A stretch of DNA of 64,000 bases from Candidatus Latescibacterota bacterium (GCA_965208105.1 OZ242318.1:2528001-2592000), one strand, 5' to 3'. Positions 39,282 through 49,851 are shown, counted from the first letter of the stretch. Numbers and translations are program-made. The notes: generated by a model not told the origin, from the letters alone.

Positions 39282-39590
39282 TCAATAGGAGTATTTGAAA
39301 TAGTACCAGCCGACGAAAATGCCCAACAAGGTAATGACGTTGAATTTCAGCAGCAGCTCGAAGGAGAAGGAGAGGACCACGAGGTCGAACATGTGGGGGC
39401 CGATGTGGTAATCGAAGTAGGGCAGGAGCGCCCGTTCGACAATGCTGTCTTCCCCGGCCACGTAGCGAAGGGTGACGCGCAGCGCCTCGCCGATGACATT
39501 GGCCCCCATCATGCTGATGAAGAGTATGATAATCAGGTGCACGACCCCCTTGTTTTCGTTGCCGAATCCACCCTTTTGCCAACTAGGCAT
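39282..39590 (-). CDS. Small membrane protein (DUF4321-like)
   Basis: Hydrophobic segments; overlaps the pssA stop. Confidence 0.55.
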   Translation of the reverse strand: MPSWQKGGFGNENKGVVHLIIILFISMMGANVIGEALRVTLRYVAGEDSIVERALLPYFDYHIGPHMFDLVVLSFSFELLLKFNVITLLGIFVGWYYFKYSY

Positions 39591-40293
39591 GCTGGGTAAC
39601 CTCGTCGCTGTGGAAGCCGATGATCCAGCGGTAGATGCCGGAAAGAATATATGTCATCACCATGGGGAAGAAGAGATGCTGGGTAGAAGGATGAATTATC
39701 AATGAAACCGATCCGATGAAATATACCTGCTTGAAGCGATTCCAGAACCCGGAGTTGCGGAAATTGGGCAGTGGATCGTAGGGCATTCGACTTACCATCA
39801 AGGCGGAGAGAAGCAGCACGAGAAGGGCGGCCATGGCCGCGGCGTGGGCGCTTTCCCAGGTGCGCTCGGTGAAGGCCACGTACTGAGTGAGGCAAACCGC
39901 CGCCATGGGAATGGGCAAACCCATGTAAAAGGGTCCTCTTTCTTCGTTGTTCAGGCTGAGCGTGTTGAACCGGGCAAGACGCACCGCGCCGCAAAGGAGA
40001 TATGCGAATGCAAGGCCCAGGCCCCAGATAGAATGCAGCTGGCTGTAGTAGATCATCAGCGCCGGCACCACTCCAAAGGTGCAAACGTCCACGAGCGAGT
40101 CGAACTCGATTCCGAACTTCGAATCCTTGCCGACGAAGCGGGCGATCTTGCCATCCATCTTGTCGAGCACCGCTCCCAGGAGAATGAGCCAGGAAGCCGA
40201 TATGAAATTGTCCTGAAGGACGTAGCGGATGGCGAGGAAACCGCAGAACAGGTTGCCTATCGTAAACAGGTTTGGAAGCACGATTTTATACAT
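39583..40293 (-). CDS. pssA: CDP-diacylglycerol--serine O-phosphatidyltransferase
   Basis: LPNLFTIGNLFCG, DKMDGKIAR…FGIEFDSLVD, RLARFN. Confidence 0.93.
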   Translation of the reverse strand: MYKIVLPNLFTIGNLFCGFLAIRYVLQDNFISASWLILLGAVLDKMDGKIARFVGKDSKFGIEFDSLVDVCTFGVVPALMIYYSQLHSIWGLGLAFAYLLCGAVRLARFNTLSLNNEERGPFYMGLPIPMAAVCLTQYVAFTERTWESAHAAAMAALLVLLLSALMVSRMPYDPLPNFRNSGFWNRFKQVYFIGSVSLIIHPSTQHLFFPMVMTYILSGIYRWIIGFHSDEVTQHA

Positions 40294-40933
40294 TGTCGAT
40301 CGCTCCGATAATGGTTTCGCCCGCCCTGACCCGATCCCCCACTGCGACGCGGAGATCGGCACCCGACGGTAAAATCAGGTCAACCCGGGAGCCGAAGCGG
40401 ATCAGGCCGAATCTCTCTCCCGCCCTCACTGTTTCTTTGCCCTGCAAACGGCATACGATGCGGCGAGCCAAGATCCCCGCGATCTGCTTGACGACGATTC
40501 TGGTGGTGCCGCTGCGAATGCCGATAATACTCTGCTCGTTCTCGGTGGACGCCTCCGCCTTGTAGGCGAGGAGAAAGCTGCCCGGGCGCCACCTGACGAA
40601 ATCCACGACTCCGGAAATGGGTATGCGATTCACGTGGACGTCGAAAACCGAAAGAAAGATACTGACCTGCACTGCCCCTCCGCCCAGGTAATCATTGGTC
40701 CCGGCATCTTCTATGCAAACTACCTTGCCGTCGGCGGCGGCGACAACCACTCCTGGCTCGGACGGAGTACTGCGGTCCGGGTCGCGAAAGAAGAAGAGCA
40801 CCAGGAGACTCGCAAATCCGCAGATCCCCGAGGCGTAAACAAGGACGGGGAAGAGATCGGCTCCGAGCCAGAGCAGCAGGGTCAGTGCCGCCCCCCCTCC
40901 CAGGAAGGGAAGCCCCTCGCGCGCCACCCTCAC
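40286..40933 (-). CDS. psd: Phosphatidylserine decarboxylase
   Basis: FFFRDPDR, AADGKV, IFLSVFDVHVNR, FGSRVD; GTG start after GGAGG. Confidence 0.93.
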   Translation of the reverse strand: MRVAREGLPFLGGGAALTLLLWLGADLFPVLVYASGICGFASLLVLFFFRDPDRSTPSEPGVVVAAADGKVVCIEDAGTNDYLGGGAVQVSIFLSVFDVHVNRIPISGVVDFVRWRPGSFLLAYKAEASTENEQSIIGIRSGTTRIVVKQIAGILARRIVCRLQGKETVRAGERFGLIRFGSRVDLILPSGADLRVAVGDRVRAGETIIGAIDNV

Positions 40934-42096
40934 TACCACCTCCGCCGTGACCGGGGACGTTCTCCAAAGCGCAAGATGATATTCTCCAGGCCGCCGTTGC
41001 GGGCGACGGTCAGGGTGCATTCCTCGTCCACCCGGAAGGGTTGCAGCAATCGCACTGCCTCGTCGGCGCCGCGGACCTTCTCTCCATCGATGGCTACGAT
41101 TACATCGCCTTCCTCCAACCCGGCCAGATACGCGGGACTGTCGACATCGACAATGATCTTCACTATCAGCGCCCCCTCCGTGGAGGAAAGCGAAAGGTAC
41201 TCGGCCAGTAGCGGGGTGAGATTCTGCAGGCTGAGGATGCCGGTCCAGGGCCGCCGCACCTGGCCGTGCCGGCGAATTTCCTCCAGGAAGCTGCGGGCGG
41301 CGTTTATTGGGATGGCGAAGCCGATCCCGATCGATCCTACACTGAATTCACCGCCCGTGTAAATGAAACTGTTGATGCCGATGACTTCCCCCGCGGCATT
41401 TACCAGGGGGCCGCCGCTGTTTCCCGGGTTGATGGCCGCATCTGTCTGGATCATGTCGCGGTAGTAGTAGTTGCCCTTGGGCTCCTGAAAGTCCCTCTCC
41501 ACGGCGCTGACCACGCCGATGCTGACCGTGGGGCCCAGATCGAATGGATTGCCGATGGCAATCGCCCATTCGCCCACCAGAATATCGTCTGAATTACCCA
41601 GGGGCGCAACCGGGAGATCGTCCTCCTCCACCTTGAGAATAGCCAGGTCGAAGGAGGTATCGTGGTCGATATACTCGGCCGCAAAGGCGCGGCCGTCCGA
41701 GAGAGAAACCACAATCTTGGTGATACTTCGGGAGTTGCCGATTACGTGGCCGTTGGTGAGGATGTAGCCCCCTTCGGTGATGATCCCCGATCCCCCGGAG
41801 GTGCGGTTTCTCTCTCCAGGTATGACGCGATAGTAAGGGAAAAAAAAGTCCATGAAGGGATCCCGGGAACGGTAAAACACCTGTTCCCGGTGGGTGACGT
41901 GGACGCTCACCACGGCCGGCCGCACCTCCTCGACCGCCCGCACAACGGCGGTTTGCCTCGACGTGGTGATGGGGTCGCTCCACGCAAGGCTGCACAGGAA
42001 CAGATTCAGGGAAAGTACGGGAATGAGCGGACGTGTCTTCGGATTCAGAAAATCTGTCATGACCGCTAAACTAATATTAATGAATATGGGATTCAA
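40933..42096 (-). CDS. HtrA/DegP-like serine protease with PDZ domain
   Basis: GSGII, TNGHV, DLAILK, QTDAAINPGNSGGPL. Confidence 0.92.
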   Translation of the reverse strand: MNPIFINISLAVMTDFLNPKTRPLIPVLSLNLFLCSLAWSDPITTSRQTAVVRAVEEVRPAVVSVHVTHREQVFYRSRDPFMDFFFPYYRVIPGERNRTSGGSGIITEGGYILTNGHVIGNSRSITKIVVSLSDGRAFAAEYIDHDTSFDLAILKVEEDDLPVAPLGNSDDILVGEWAIAIGNPFDLGPTVSIGVVSAVERDFQEPKGNYYYRDMIQTDAAINPGNSGGPLVNAAGEVIGINSFIYTGGEFSVGSIGIGFAIPINAARSFLEEIRRHGQVRRPWTGILSLQNLTPLLAEYLSLSSTEGALIVKIIVDVDSPAYLAGLEEGDVIVAIDGEKVRGADEAVRLLQPFRVDEECTLTVARNGGLENIILRFGERPRSRRRW

Positions 42097-42126
42097 GCTG
42101 TTCCGGCTGCTGCCGGCGGCCCGGCC

Positions 42127-42885
42127 TCATGGGTAGGAAACGCGGAGGAGGCAGAGGCCTTGGGGGGGCGCGGTTGGTCCGGCCTGGCCCCGGTCGGCGC
42201 CGTCCAGGAGGGTGGACAGGGACCCGGGGGGACGTCGGCCGGCCCCGATTTCCACCAGAGTGCCTACGAGGATGCGAACCATGTGGCGCAGAAAGCGGTT
42301 GGCCTCAATTTCGAAAACCAGCTCCCTGCCACGGCGCTGCCAGGAGCAGTGGGTGATGTGACAGAGGAAACTATCCGGAGGCGGAGCCTGTTTGCAGAAG
42401 GCTTCAAAGGAGTGGGTCCCCGGAAGGAGCCGGGATGCCTGCTGGACGGCGTCGAAATCGAGGCGGCGGTATATGGTCCAGACCCTGCTGCGATCCAGGG
42501 CGGCTTTGCTGCAACTGATGCGGTATCGATAGCGCTTGCTCGCGGCGCAGTAGCGGGCGTGGAAGTCCCGGGCGGCCTCCTCCACCTCGAGCACCGCAAT
42601 ATCGGAGGGCAGCAGGCCGTTGAGAGCGGCCAGAATGCGCTCCACGGGCTCCTCTGATTTGGTGTGGAAATGAGCAACCTGGCCCGCGGCATGGACCCCT
42701 GCGTCCGTCCGGCCCGAGCCGATGGGACATGTGGGCTCGCGCAGAAAGACCCCGAGGGCCTTTGCCAGTTCTCCCTGTACGGTGCGGTCTCGCCGCTGAA
42801 TCTGCCATCCCGCAAAGTTGGTGCCGTCGTATTCGAGCAGCAGGCGAATATTGCGATGTTCTAGGGCAGCAGGCGAGGCAGGCAT
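42127..42885 (-). CDS. truA: tRNA pseudouridine(38-40) synthase
   Basis: YDGTNFAGWQ, GRTDAGVHA, FHARY, FLRHMVR. Confidence 0.95.
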   Translation of the reverse strand: MPASPAALEHRNIRLLLEYDGTNFAGWQIQRRDRTVQGELAKALGVFLREPTCPIGSGRTDAGVHAAGQVAHFHTKSEEPVERILAALNGLLPSDIAVLEVEEAARDFHARYCAASKRYRYRISCSKAALDRSRVWTIYRRLDFDAVQQASRLLPGTHSFEAFCKQAPPPDSFLCHITHCSWQRRGRELVFEIEANRFLRHMVRILVGTLVEIGAGRRPPGSLSTLLDGADRGQAGPTAPPQGLCLLRVSYP

Positions 42886-43673
42886 AACAGGGCGGCAACC
42901 AGGGAAAGCACGGCGAGGGCGGCGCGCCGGTCGCGGCCGGCAAAGCGCAGCGGCCGAAAACTGGTGCGGCCGACGCCTCCGCGGTAGCACCGGCTCTCCA
43001 TGGCCAGGGCAAGGCGGTCTGCCCGGGCAAAAGCGGATATGAAAAGCGGGACCAGAAGAGGAATCAGGGTCTGGGCGCGGCGGATTGGATTGCCGCCGAA
43101 ACTCGCTCCTCGAGCCAGTTGGGCCTTGTAGAGACGCTCGGCTTCTTCGACCAGGACGGGTACGAACCGGAGGGCGATGGTGGCCATCATGGCCAACTCG
43201 TGAGCGGGAAACCCGATCCTGCGCAAAGGGCTGAACAATTTCTCCAGGCCCTCGGTCAGTTCCGCGGGCGAGGTCGTCAAGGTCAGGAGGGAAGCAGTGA
43301 TGATGGCGGCGGCCAGACGCAGGCAATAGAAGGCGGCGCGCAACAGGCCGTCGGCAGTGATGGCTGCGTCAAAGTAGGGCAGGCGCCACAGGACGTTCCC
43401 CGGCGTCAGGACGGAATGCAGCACGAAGGTAAAGAGAAAGAGCCAGATGAACGGGCGCAGATTCCTGAGGACCAAAGTGGCCGGAAGTCCGGACAAGGAG
43501 ATGGCAACGGCCAAAAAGAGGAAAAAGAACCCCAGGGGTGCGAATCCCTCGGCGCTGAAGACAGTGACCATGAGCCCCAGGGCAGAGATGAACTTGGTTC
43601 TCGGGTCCAGGCGGTGCAGCGGCGAGTCACCGGGAAAGTACTTGCCCAGGGTGATGTCCTGCAGGAAAGCCAT
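42861..43673 (-). CDS. ecfT: Energy-coupling factor transporter T component
   Basis: LHRLDPRTK, IALRFVP, AQLARG, AMESRCY. Confidence 0.9.
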   Translation of the reverse strand: MAFLQDITLGKYFPGDSPLHRLDPRTKFISALGLMVTVFSAEGFAPLGFFFLFLAVAISLSGLPATLVLRNLRPFIWLFLFTFVLHSVLTPGNVLWRLPYFDAAITADGLLRAAFYCLRLAAAIITASLLTLTTSPAELTEGLEKLFSPLRRIGFPAHELAMMATIALRFVPVLVEEAERLYKAQLARGASFGGNPIRRAQTLIPLLVPLFISAFARADRLALAMESRCYRGGVGRTSFRPLRFAGRDRRAALAVLSLVAALLCLPRLLP

Positions 43674-43684
43674 GGAGGAACTGC

Positions 43685-44650
43685 TCAGGGAAGAAACCGC
43701 GTGGTGAACGCTGAGGTCTCGTCAAGGGTATCGGCGGTGATGATATCGGCTTCGACCATCTGCTGCAGCAAAGCCTCCCAGCGCCGCTCGGACATGTGGC
43801 CGAGACCCTCCCGGAGGGCCACCTCGTCGAGAACCAGCGGCACCGACTCGGCGGCGCCGAATGCCAGGATTTCCAGGCTCATCTCGGGATTGAGCTCGCC
43901 GATGTATTCGTTTGTTGCCTCCGGCTCGCGCAGGTAGTGTTGCCAGCCTTGCACCGATGCCAGGACCATGGCGGAGACCACCTGCTCGCGCCCGGCGACG
44001 CTGGCCTCGTCGGCGATCAGCACACTGGCATATGGATTGAAGCCTGTGTCTGCCACCAGCAGGGCCTTGGGGTCCGCGCCTTTGCTGCGCGCCACAAATG
44101 GCTCGCTGAAGATATACCCCTGCTGGCCGAACATCGGGTCCGCGAGGAATTGGGTGACGTTTCCGAGATAGGGAACGATGGTGACCCCGGACAAAGGGAA
44201 CTTCTTGCGCAGGTAGTGGGAGAAGGCCGGCCGTTGAGAAAGGGCAAGGGTCATGTTCTCAATGTCCTCGATGCTCTCGATGCCGGAGCCGGCGTGCACC
44301 ATGATGCAACGGGGATTGATCTGGTAGGGCGCCATAAGGGCTACCACAGGCGCCTCCTGGGCGCGGGCGCTGAGGACATCGTCGGCGTTGGTGACGCCAA
44401 ACTCCACCGCCCCCGTGGCAACTCGCTGGATGACCGGAGCATCCGGCCCCCCACCGAGAATTTCCACTGCCAATCCGCGTTGCTGATAATATCCGTGCAC
44501 CGAGGCGGCGTAGAACCCTCCGTGTTCCACTTCAGGAAACCAGTTGAGGGCAAGCCGGACCCGGGCAAGACCCGAGGTCGACTCCTGCCGGCCGTTTTCG
44601 CCGCAGGCTGCCAAAAGGCCGATCAGGCAAAAAATCAGGCTCTTGAGCAT
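43685..44650 (-). CDS. ABC substrate-binding lipoprotein, NMT1/THI5-like
   Basis: Lipobox LAAC, LNWFPEVEHGGFY. Confidence 0.85.
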   Translation of the reverse strand: MLKSLIFCLIGLLAACGENGRQESTSGLARVRLALNWFPEVEHGGFYAASVHGYYQQRGLAVEILGGGPDAPVIQRVATGAVEFGVTNADDVLSARAQEAPVVALMAPYQINPRCIMVHAGSGIESIEDIENMTLALSQRPAFSHYLRKKFPLSGVTIVPYLGNVTQFLADPMFGQQGYIFSEPFVARSKGADPKALLVADTGFNPYASVLIADEASVAGREQVVSAMVLASVQGWQHYLREPEATNEYIGELNPEMSLEILAFGAAESVPLVLDEVALREGLGHMSERRWEALLQQMVEADIITADTLDETSAFTTRFLP

Positions 44651-44659
44651 AATTTCAGA

Positions 44660-45445
44660 TTACTCCTTTCCCCCTCCCAAGCGATCCTGAAGAAAGTTAC
44701 TCAAAACGCCCACAACAGTAAATATGCTCAGACCGAGCAATGTACAGAAGAGGATGCAGGCGAACAGGTAGTCGGTCCTGGCCTGGCCATTGGTCAGGAT
44801 GATCAGGTAGCCCAGGCCGAAATCCTCGGTGCCGTATCCGGCAAAGAACTCGCCGACGATGGCGCCGATAACCGAAAGGCCGCTGGAGACCTTGGCACCC
44901 GTGAGCAGGTTGGGAAGAGCATGGGGCACGCGCAATTTGAACAGGATTTGCCAGCGGCCCGCGTCGTTCATGGCGAAGAGATCGAGGAGGTTCGGCTCCA
45001 CCGTCGTCAGCCCCGTGGTGGTGTTGGCGATTATGGGAAAGAGGGAGATGATGAAAGATACCGCCACGACACCGTAGAACCCGTGGCTGATCCAGAGGAT
45101 GACCAGGGGCGCAATGGCGACGATCGGCACCGTCTGCAGAAAAATGGCATAGGGGTAGAGGCTGCGCTCGATAATCTTCGACTGGGAGAAGACCAGGGCG
45201 GCCAGAAATCCTGCGGACAGGCTCAGGGAAAAGCCGGCGAGGGCCGCCGACGCCGTGAGCCACGCCGCACCGATGAGGGAGCTGAAGTGGAGCTTGATGG
45301 CTGCTGCCACCTGCAACGGTCCCGGCAGGAGAAAGGGCTTGATGTCGAACAGCCCGACCACCATGTGCCACATTGCGAGGACGAGGGCGAACAGCAGCAG
45401 CGGCGGAAGGAGCACCCGGGCCGCCCGGGAGATCAGTCGAATCAT
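44660..45445 (-). CDS. ABC permease (SsuC/TauC-like)
   Basis: QTVPIVAIAP, GAIVGEF. Confidence 0.88.
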   Translation of the reverse strand: MIRLISRAARVLLPPLLLFALVLAMWHMVVGLFDIKPFLLPGPLQVAAAIKLHFSSLIGAAWLTASAALAGFSLSLSAGFLAALVFSQSKIIERSLYPYAIFLQTVPIVAIAPLVILWISHGFYGVVAVSFIISLFPIIANTTTGLTTVEPNLLDLFAMNDAGRWQILFKLRVPHALPNLLTGAKVSSGLSVIGAIVGEFFAGYGTEDFGLGYLIILTNGQARTDYLFACILFCTLLGLSIFTVVGVLSNFLQDRLGGGKE

Positions 45446-46218
45446 TGGGGCCGCACCTCGCGCAGGTGGTGCGATACCTCCCCGACGACGGCGTTGAAGG
45501 CCGAATCGGTGCGCAGGTCGGAAACGCGGGGATAGTCAAAGGGCACGGTAACGGCGGACAGGATGCGTCCAGGACGGGGACTCATGACCAGGACCCGCCG
45601 GCTCAGGAACACGGCCTCGGGAACGCTGTGAGTTACGAATACACCGGTCCAGCGGTCTCTCTGCCAGAGGTCGAGAACTTCCTCGTTGAGGCGCTGCCGG
45701 GTGATTTCGTCCAGGGCGCCGAAAGGCTCGTCCAGCAGGAGCAGACCGGGCCGGGTCACCAGGGCCCTGGCAATGGAGACCCGCATGCGCATGCCACCGG
45801 ACAACTGCCGCGGATAGGCCCTGGCGAAATCGGCCAGGCCCACCATTTCCAGGGCGCGTTCGACCAGGGACCTTGTTTCCGCCCGGCCGTGGCCGCGGAG
45901 CTCGAGCGGAAGGGCGACGTTCTTCGCCACCATGCGCCAGGGCAACAAGGTGGGATCCTGAAAGACATAGGCCAGGTCCTGGCGCCTGCGCCGCGCCGCT
46001 GGAGGCGGCAACCCGGCGATGGTCAGGTTGCCCGAGGTGGCCCGGGTCAGCCCGGCGATCAACCGCAGCAAGGTAGACTTGCCGCAGCCGGAAGGACCTA
46101 CTATGGAGACGAACTCGCCCGCCCCCACCTCCAGGTCTATCCCACGAAGGGCCTCGACTCCGCTGGCAAAGCGCTTGCCGACATTTCGGGCGACCACCTG
46201 GCCGGTGCCTTGAATCAT
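45442..46218 (-). CDS. ABC ATP-binding protein (SsuB/TauB-like)
   Basis: GPSGCGKST, LSGGM, LLDEPFGALD. Confidence 0.92.
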   Translation of the reverse strand: MIQGTGQVVARNVGKRFASGVEALRGIDLEVGAGEFVSIVGPSGCGKSTLLRLIAGLTRATSGNLTIAGLPPPAARRRRQDLAYVFQDPTLLPWRMVAKNVALPLELRGHGRAETRSLVERALEMVGLADFARAYPRQLSGGMRMRVSIARALVTRPGLLLLDEPFGALDEITRQRLNEEVLDLWQRDRWTGVFVTHSVPEAVFLSRRVLVMSPRPGRILSAVTVPFDYPRVSDLRTDSAFNAVVGEVSHHLREVRPQ

Positions 46219-46224
46219 GGTTTT

Positions 46225-47166
46225 TCAGCCACGGGGATGGTAGGTGCGGTGGACTTCCTTGAGATCCTTGTGGTCGAGCCGGGCGTAGACCTGGGTGCTG
46301 GATATGTCCGCGTGGCCGAGAAGCTCCTGCACCTCGCGCAGATTGGCCCCGCCTTCGAGCATATGGGCGGCAAAGGAATGGCGCAGTGTGTGCGGACTGA
46401 TCTCCTTTTCCATCCTCGCTCTGGAGGCTGCGCCGCGGATGATTTTCCAGATCCCCATGCGCGAAAGCCCACCGCCCTGAGCATTGAGAAAGACTATCTC
46501 GCCCGAGTGGGGCCGAACCAGCCGAGGCCGCACATCCCGGGTGTAGCTCCGCGTGTAAAAGACCGCCTTCCTCCCGATGGGCAAGAAACGCTTGCCGCTG
46601 CTCTTGCCCTCGATGCACAGCAGGCGGTCGTCGAGAAGCAGCGAGGAACTGACGAGGGCGATCAGCTCGGAAACCCGCATCCCGGTCGCGTAGAGCAGCT
46701 CGAGAATGGCTCGGTCGCGCAGCCCGAGTGGCTCCGCGCTGTCTACCGCCTGCATGAGCTGATCTATTTCACCGACGCTGAGAAAACCGGGGGGCTTGCG
46801 GTCGAGTTTGGGCGGGTCGAGGTTTGCCGCAGGATCCTCCCGGCACATGCCCCTCACCAGGAGGTAGCTGTGGAAGCGCTTGATGGAGGTCAGGTTGCGG
46901 GCGAGGGTAGAGGGACTGAGACCGGCTTCGCGCAGATGGTGGAGCAGTCCGGCGACGTGCTGCGGCCGCACCTCGTCGGCAGCATGGACCCCCTGCCGCG
47001 CCAGACCCTGGAGGTAGCGCGACAAATCGCGGCGGTAGGCCTCGAGAGTATTAAAAGAGAGACCTCTTTCCCTCTCCATGGCGGTGAGGAAGAGGCCGAG
47101 CGGGTTCCCGAGTCCAGGCGGCAGCGGCGCCGGGTGAACCGTTTCCTCAGATTTGAACCCGGCCAT
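46225..47166 (-). CDS. xerD: Tyrosine recombinase XerD
   Basis: RDRAILELLYATGMRVSEL, HTLRHSFA, LLGHADISSTQVY. Confidence 0.88.
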   Translation of the reverse strand: MAGFKSEETVHPAPLPPGLGNPLGLFLTAMERERGLSFNTLEAYRRDLSRYLQGLARQGVHAADEVRPQHVAGLLHHLREAGLSPSTLARNLTSIKRFHSYLLVRGMCREDPAANLDPPKLDRKPPGFLSVGEIDQLMQAVDSAEPLGLRDRAILELLYATGMRVSELIALVSSSLLLDDRLLCIEGKSSGKRFLPIGRKAVFYTRSYTRDVRPRLVRPHSGEIVFLNAQGGGLSRMGIWKIIRGAASRARMEKEISPHTLRHSFAAHMLEGGANLREVQELLGHADISSTQVYARLDHKDLKEVHRTYHPRG

Positions 47167-47677
47167 GCTCGACAGAGATCCCTTCCAGCTCCAGCAGGGC
47201 TTCTTTCCAGGCCGTTCCGGCGGAGTAGCCGGTGAGGCTCCCGGTAGAAGCCACGACGCGGTGGCAGGGGAAGAGAATGGGAAGGGGATTGCGGCCACAG
47301 GCACTGCCCAGGGCGCGGGCGTTGCCAGGCGGAAGGCCGATTCTCTGAGCAAGGCCTCCATAGGATTCGACCTTGCCGTAGGGAATCTCCTTCAGAGCCG
47401 TCCAGATTTTGCGCTGGAACCGGGTCCCCGACCTCTCGGGTAGACTGCACTCGAAGTCTACCGGCTCGCCGTGGAAGTAGGACAGGATTTGAGCCACCAG
47501 ATCCCGGGCCCTTTTGCCGGGTGGTGCCTGTCCTCCGATCCGGATGGGGCGGCACGGATCCTCCGCAAAGGGACCGAGGCAAACACTGTACAACTCCTCG
47601 TCCCGCCAGTTCAGACGCACGGTTCCAAAGCGGCTGGAGACCTCTGTAGAACCACTGATTACAGGATCATTTGACAT
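47147..47677 (-). CDS. ogt: Methylated-DNA--protein-cysteine methyltransferase
   Basis: IPYG…SYG, NPLPILFPCHRV. Confidence 0.92.
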   Translation of the reverse strand: MSNDPVISGSTEVSSRFGTVRLNWRDEELYSVCLGPFAEDPCRPIRIGGQAPPGKRARDLVAQILSYFHGEPVDFECSLPERSGTRFQRKIWTALKEIPYGKVESYGGLAQRIGLPPGNARALGSACGRNPLPILFPCHRVVASTGSLTGYSAGTAWKEALLELEGISVEHGRVQI

Positions 47678-49514
47678 TTTTCCTCGCGTCTGCGCCCTCG
47701 AGGTGGGACTTGAGTTCGGCGGCGAGCTTCATACCCACACCTTTCACACTGGCGATCTCCTCGACCCCGGCCTCCTTGAGACGCCGGACGGAACCGAAGG
47801 TTTGCAGCAGGACGGCGCGGCGGCCCGGTCCGATTCCGGGAATGTCGTCCAGGGCTGAGCTCATGGTGCGCTTGCCCCGCAGATTGCGGTGGTGCCTCAG
47901 AGCGAAACGGTGGGCTTCGTCGCGAAGGGCCTGCAACAGTCGCAGGGAAGCGGAAGTCCTGGGCAGCAACAGGGGATCGGCGCGACCGGGCAAGAACAAT
48001 TCTTCCAGCCGTTTGGCCAATCCGACCACCGGCTGATCCTCGAGGCCGAGTTCGCCAAGGGCTTGCAGGGCACTCGACAACTGGCCCTTGCCGCCGTCTA
48101 CCACCAGAAGATCGGGGAAAGACTCGCCCCGTTCGCGCAGGCCTCTGAAGCGACGCAGGACCACCTGGTGTATGGATGCGAAATCGTCGGGGCCCTCGAG
48201 ATCGGCGATCTTGAACTGGCGGTACTCGCTTCGGCGTGGGCGCCCGCCGACAAAGCATACCAGTGAGCCCACCGAATCCTCCCCTTGCAAGTTGGAGATG
48301 TCAATGCACTCGATGCGGTCCGGGGGATTGACAAGGCGCAGGTCGCGCTGCAGTGCGGATACGGATTGCGAGACGCGGCCCTTCTGCAGTTCGCGCCTCA
48401 GGCGGCGTTCTTCGAGCAGGTGCTCCGCGTTGCTGCGTGCCATTTCCAGCATCCTGGCCTTGTCCCCCCTTCGAGGCACTGAAAGGGCGACCTTGCGCTG
48501 AATCTTCGAGGACAGCCAGGCAGAGATGGCGGCGGAATCTGACGGAGCGGAGGGCAAGTGAATCTCGGCAGGAATAAAATCGGTTCGCAGGTAGAACTGG
48601 CAAACGAAGGCGGAGACGATCTCGGCATCCGCAGACTCCATGACACCGCTGAGAAAGTGGTGCTTCTTGCCCAGAAGGCGGCCTTCGCGAATCTCCAGGA
48701 TGCTGCAGCAGGCATCGTCGTCGCTGCGGGCGAGGCCGATCACGTCGCGGTCGATGGGCCGGTCCAGCATGGCCTTCTGCCGGGCGCTCATGGATTCGAG
48801 GGCCCTGATCTGGTCGCGCAGCTTGGCAGCTCTCTCAAAGCGAAGTTCCGCCGCGGTCTGCTCCATGCGCTTGCGCAGTTCTCTCAGGATATCGGAGTTT
48901 TTGCCCTGCAACAGGCGGACGGCGCAATCGACGCTTCGGGAGTAATCGGCGGCCCTGACCAGCCCTTCGCAGGGACCTTCGCAGCGATTGATGTGAAAGT
49001 CGAGGCAAACCCTGACTTTATCGGAGGGCAATTTGTAGTCGCAGCTGCGCACGGGGAAGATCTTGTGCATCATGTCCAGGGTGGTGTACATGGCACGGAC
49101 GTTGCTGAAAGGACCGAGGTAGCGCGAGCCGTCCTGGACCAGGTCACGGGTGGCGAAGATGCGGGGAAAAGGTTCGTTGGTTATGCGTATATAGGGATAT
49201 TTCTTGTCGTCCTTTAAGTGGACGTTGTACCTCGGCTTATGCGCTTTTATCTGATTGGCCTCGAGGATGAGGGCCTCCTGCTCGCTCTGTGTGACGATGC
49301 AGTCGAAATCGGCGATGTTTCGCACCAGAGCCTTGAATCGAAGGCGGCCGTCGCCGCCTGAGTCCTGAAAGTAGGAGCGGACGCGATGGCGCAGACTCTT
49401 GGCTTTGCCGATGTAGATTATGCGCTCCTTTCGATCCTTCATCAGGTAGATGCCCGGTGCTGCCGGCAATGCCTCCAGTTTGAGGCTCAAGTTCTCGAGG
49501 ATGGGCTGCTTCAT
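47667..49514 (-). CDS. uvrC: Excinuclease ABC subunit C
   Basis: PGIYLM…YIGKAKSL (GIY-YIG), DGGKGQ, RDEAHRFA, HhH. Confidence 0.97.
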   Translation of the reverse strand: MKQPILENLSLKLEALPAAPGIYLMKDRKERIIYIGKAKSLRHRVRSYFQDSGGDGRLRFKALVRNIADFDCIVTQSEQEALILEANQIKAHKPRYNVHLKDDKKYPYIRITNEPFPRIFATRDLVQDGSRYLGPFSNVRAMYTTLDMMHKIFPVRSCDYKLPSDKVRVCLDFHINRCEGPCEGLVRAADYSRSVDCAVRLLQGKNSDILRELRKRMEQTAAELRFERAAKLRDQIRALESMSARQKAMLDRPIDRDVIGLARSDDDACCSILEIREGRLLGKKHHFLSGVMESADAEIVSAFVCQFYLRTDFIPAEIHLPSAPSDSAAISAWLSSKIQRKVALSVPRRGDKARMLEMARSNAEHLLEERRLRRELQKGRVSQSVSALQRDLRLVNPPDRIECIDISNLQGEDSVGSLVCFVGGRPRRSEYRQFKIADLEGPDDFASIHQVVLRRFRGLRERGESFPDLLVVDGGKGQLSSALQALGELGLEDQPVVGLAKRLEELFLPGRADPLLLPRTSASLRLLQALRDEAHRFALRHHRNLRGKRTMSSALDDIPGIGPGRRAVLLQTFGSVRRLKEAGVEEIASVKGVGMKLAAELKSHLEGADARKNVK

Positions 49515-49851
49515 GGATAGGCGTCGTACCAGGAGTTTTGCCGGGATCGGGTTATTATGTAAAGTATGGCAAGCGACTGCGCAGCACAACCCCGAACGGG
49601 GTCCGCGGTGATACATGCCGGAAATTCCAGGTCCGGCGGGAAGCCGGAATTCCGCCTGGTGCCTGCGCTCCCGCTCAAGCCAACGAACCGGGGCGCCTCA
49701 GCACCCGCCTCGCCAGACTCTTGAACGAGTCGTACCTGGAGCGTGCCGCGAGCGGGGGCGAAGACGCGGAACGGGATGCAGCGGCGGCCGGATTCACGCG
49801 GAAACCCGCAGGAAGGCACCGGCCATGGAAACCCCGGATCTGGCGCTGATT

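Noticed and set aside
46225-47166. Tyrosine recombinase as the integrase for the array
   Set aside because: It is a typical XerD in a housekeeping operon 23 kb away, with no visible IntI-specific insertion.
49560-49850. Possible structured ncRNA or small ORF upstream of uvrC
   Set aside because: GC-rich, but I could not recognise any RNA family motif or convincing coding signal.
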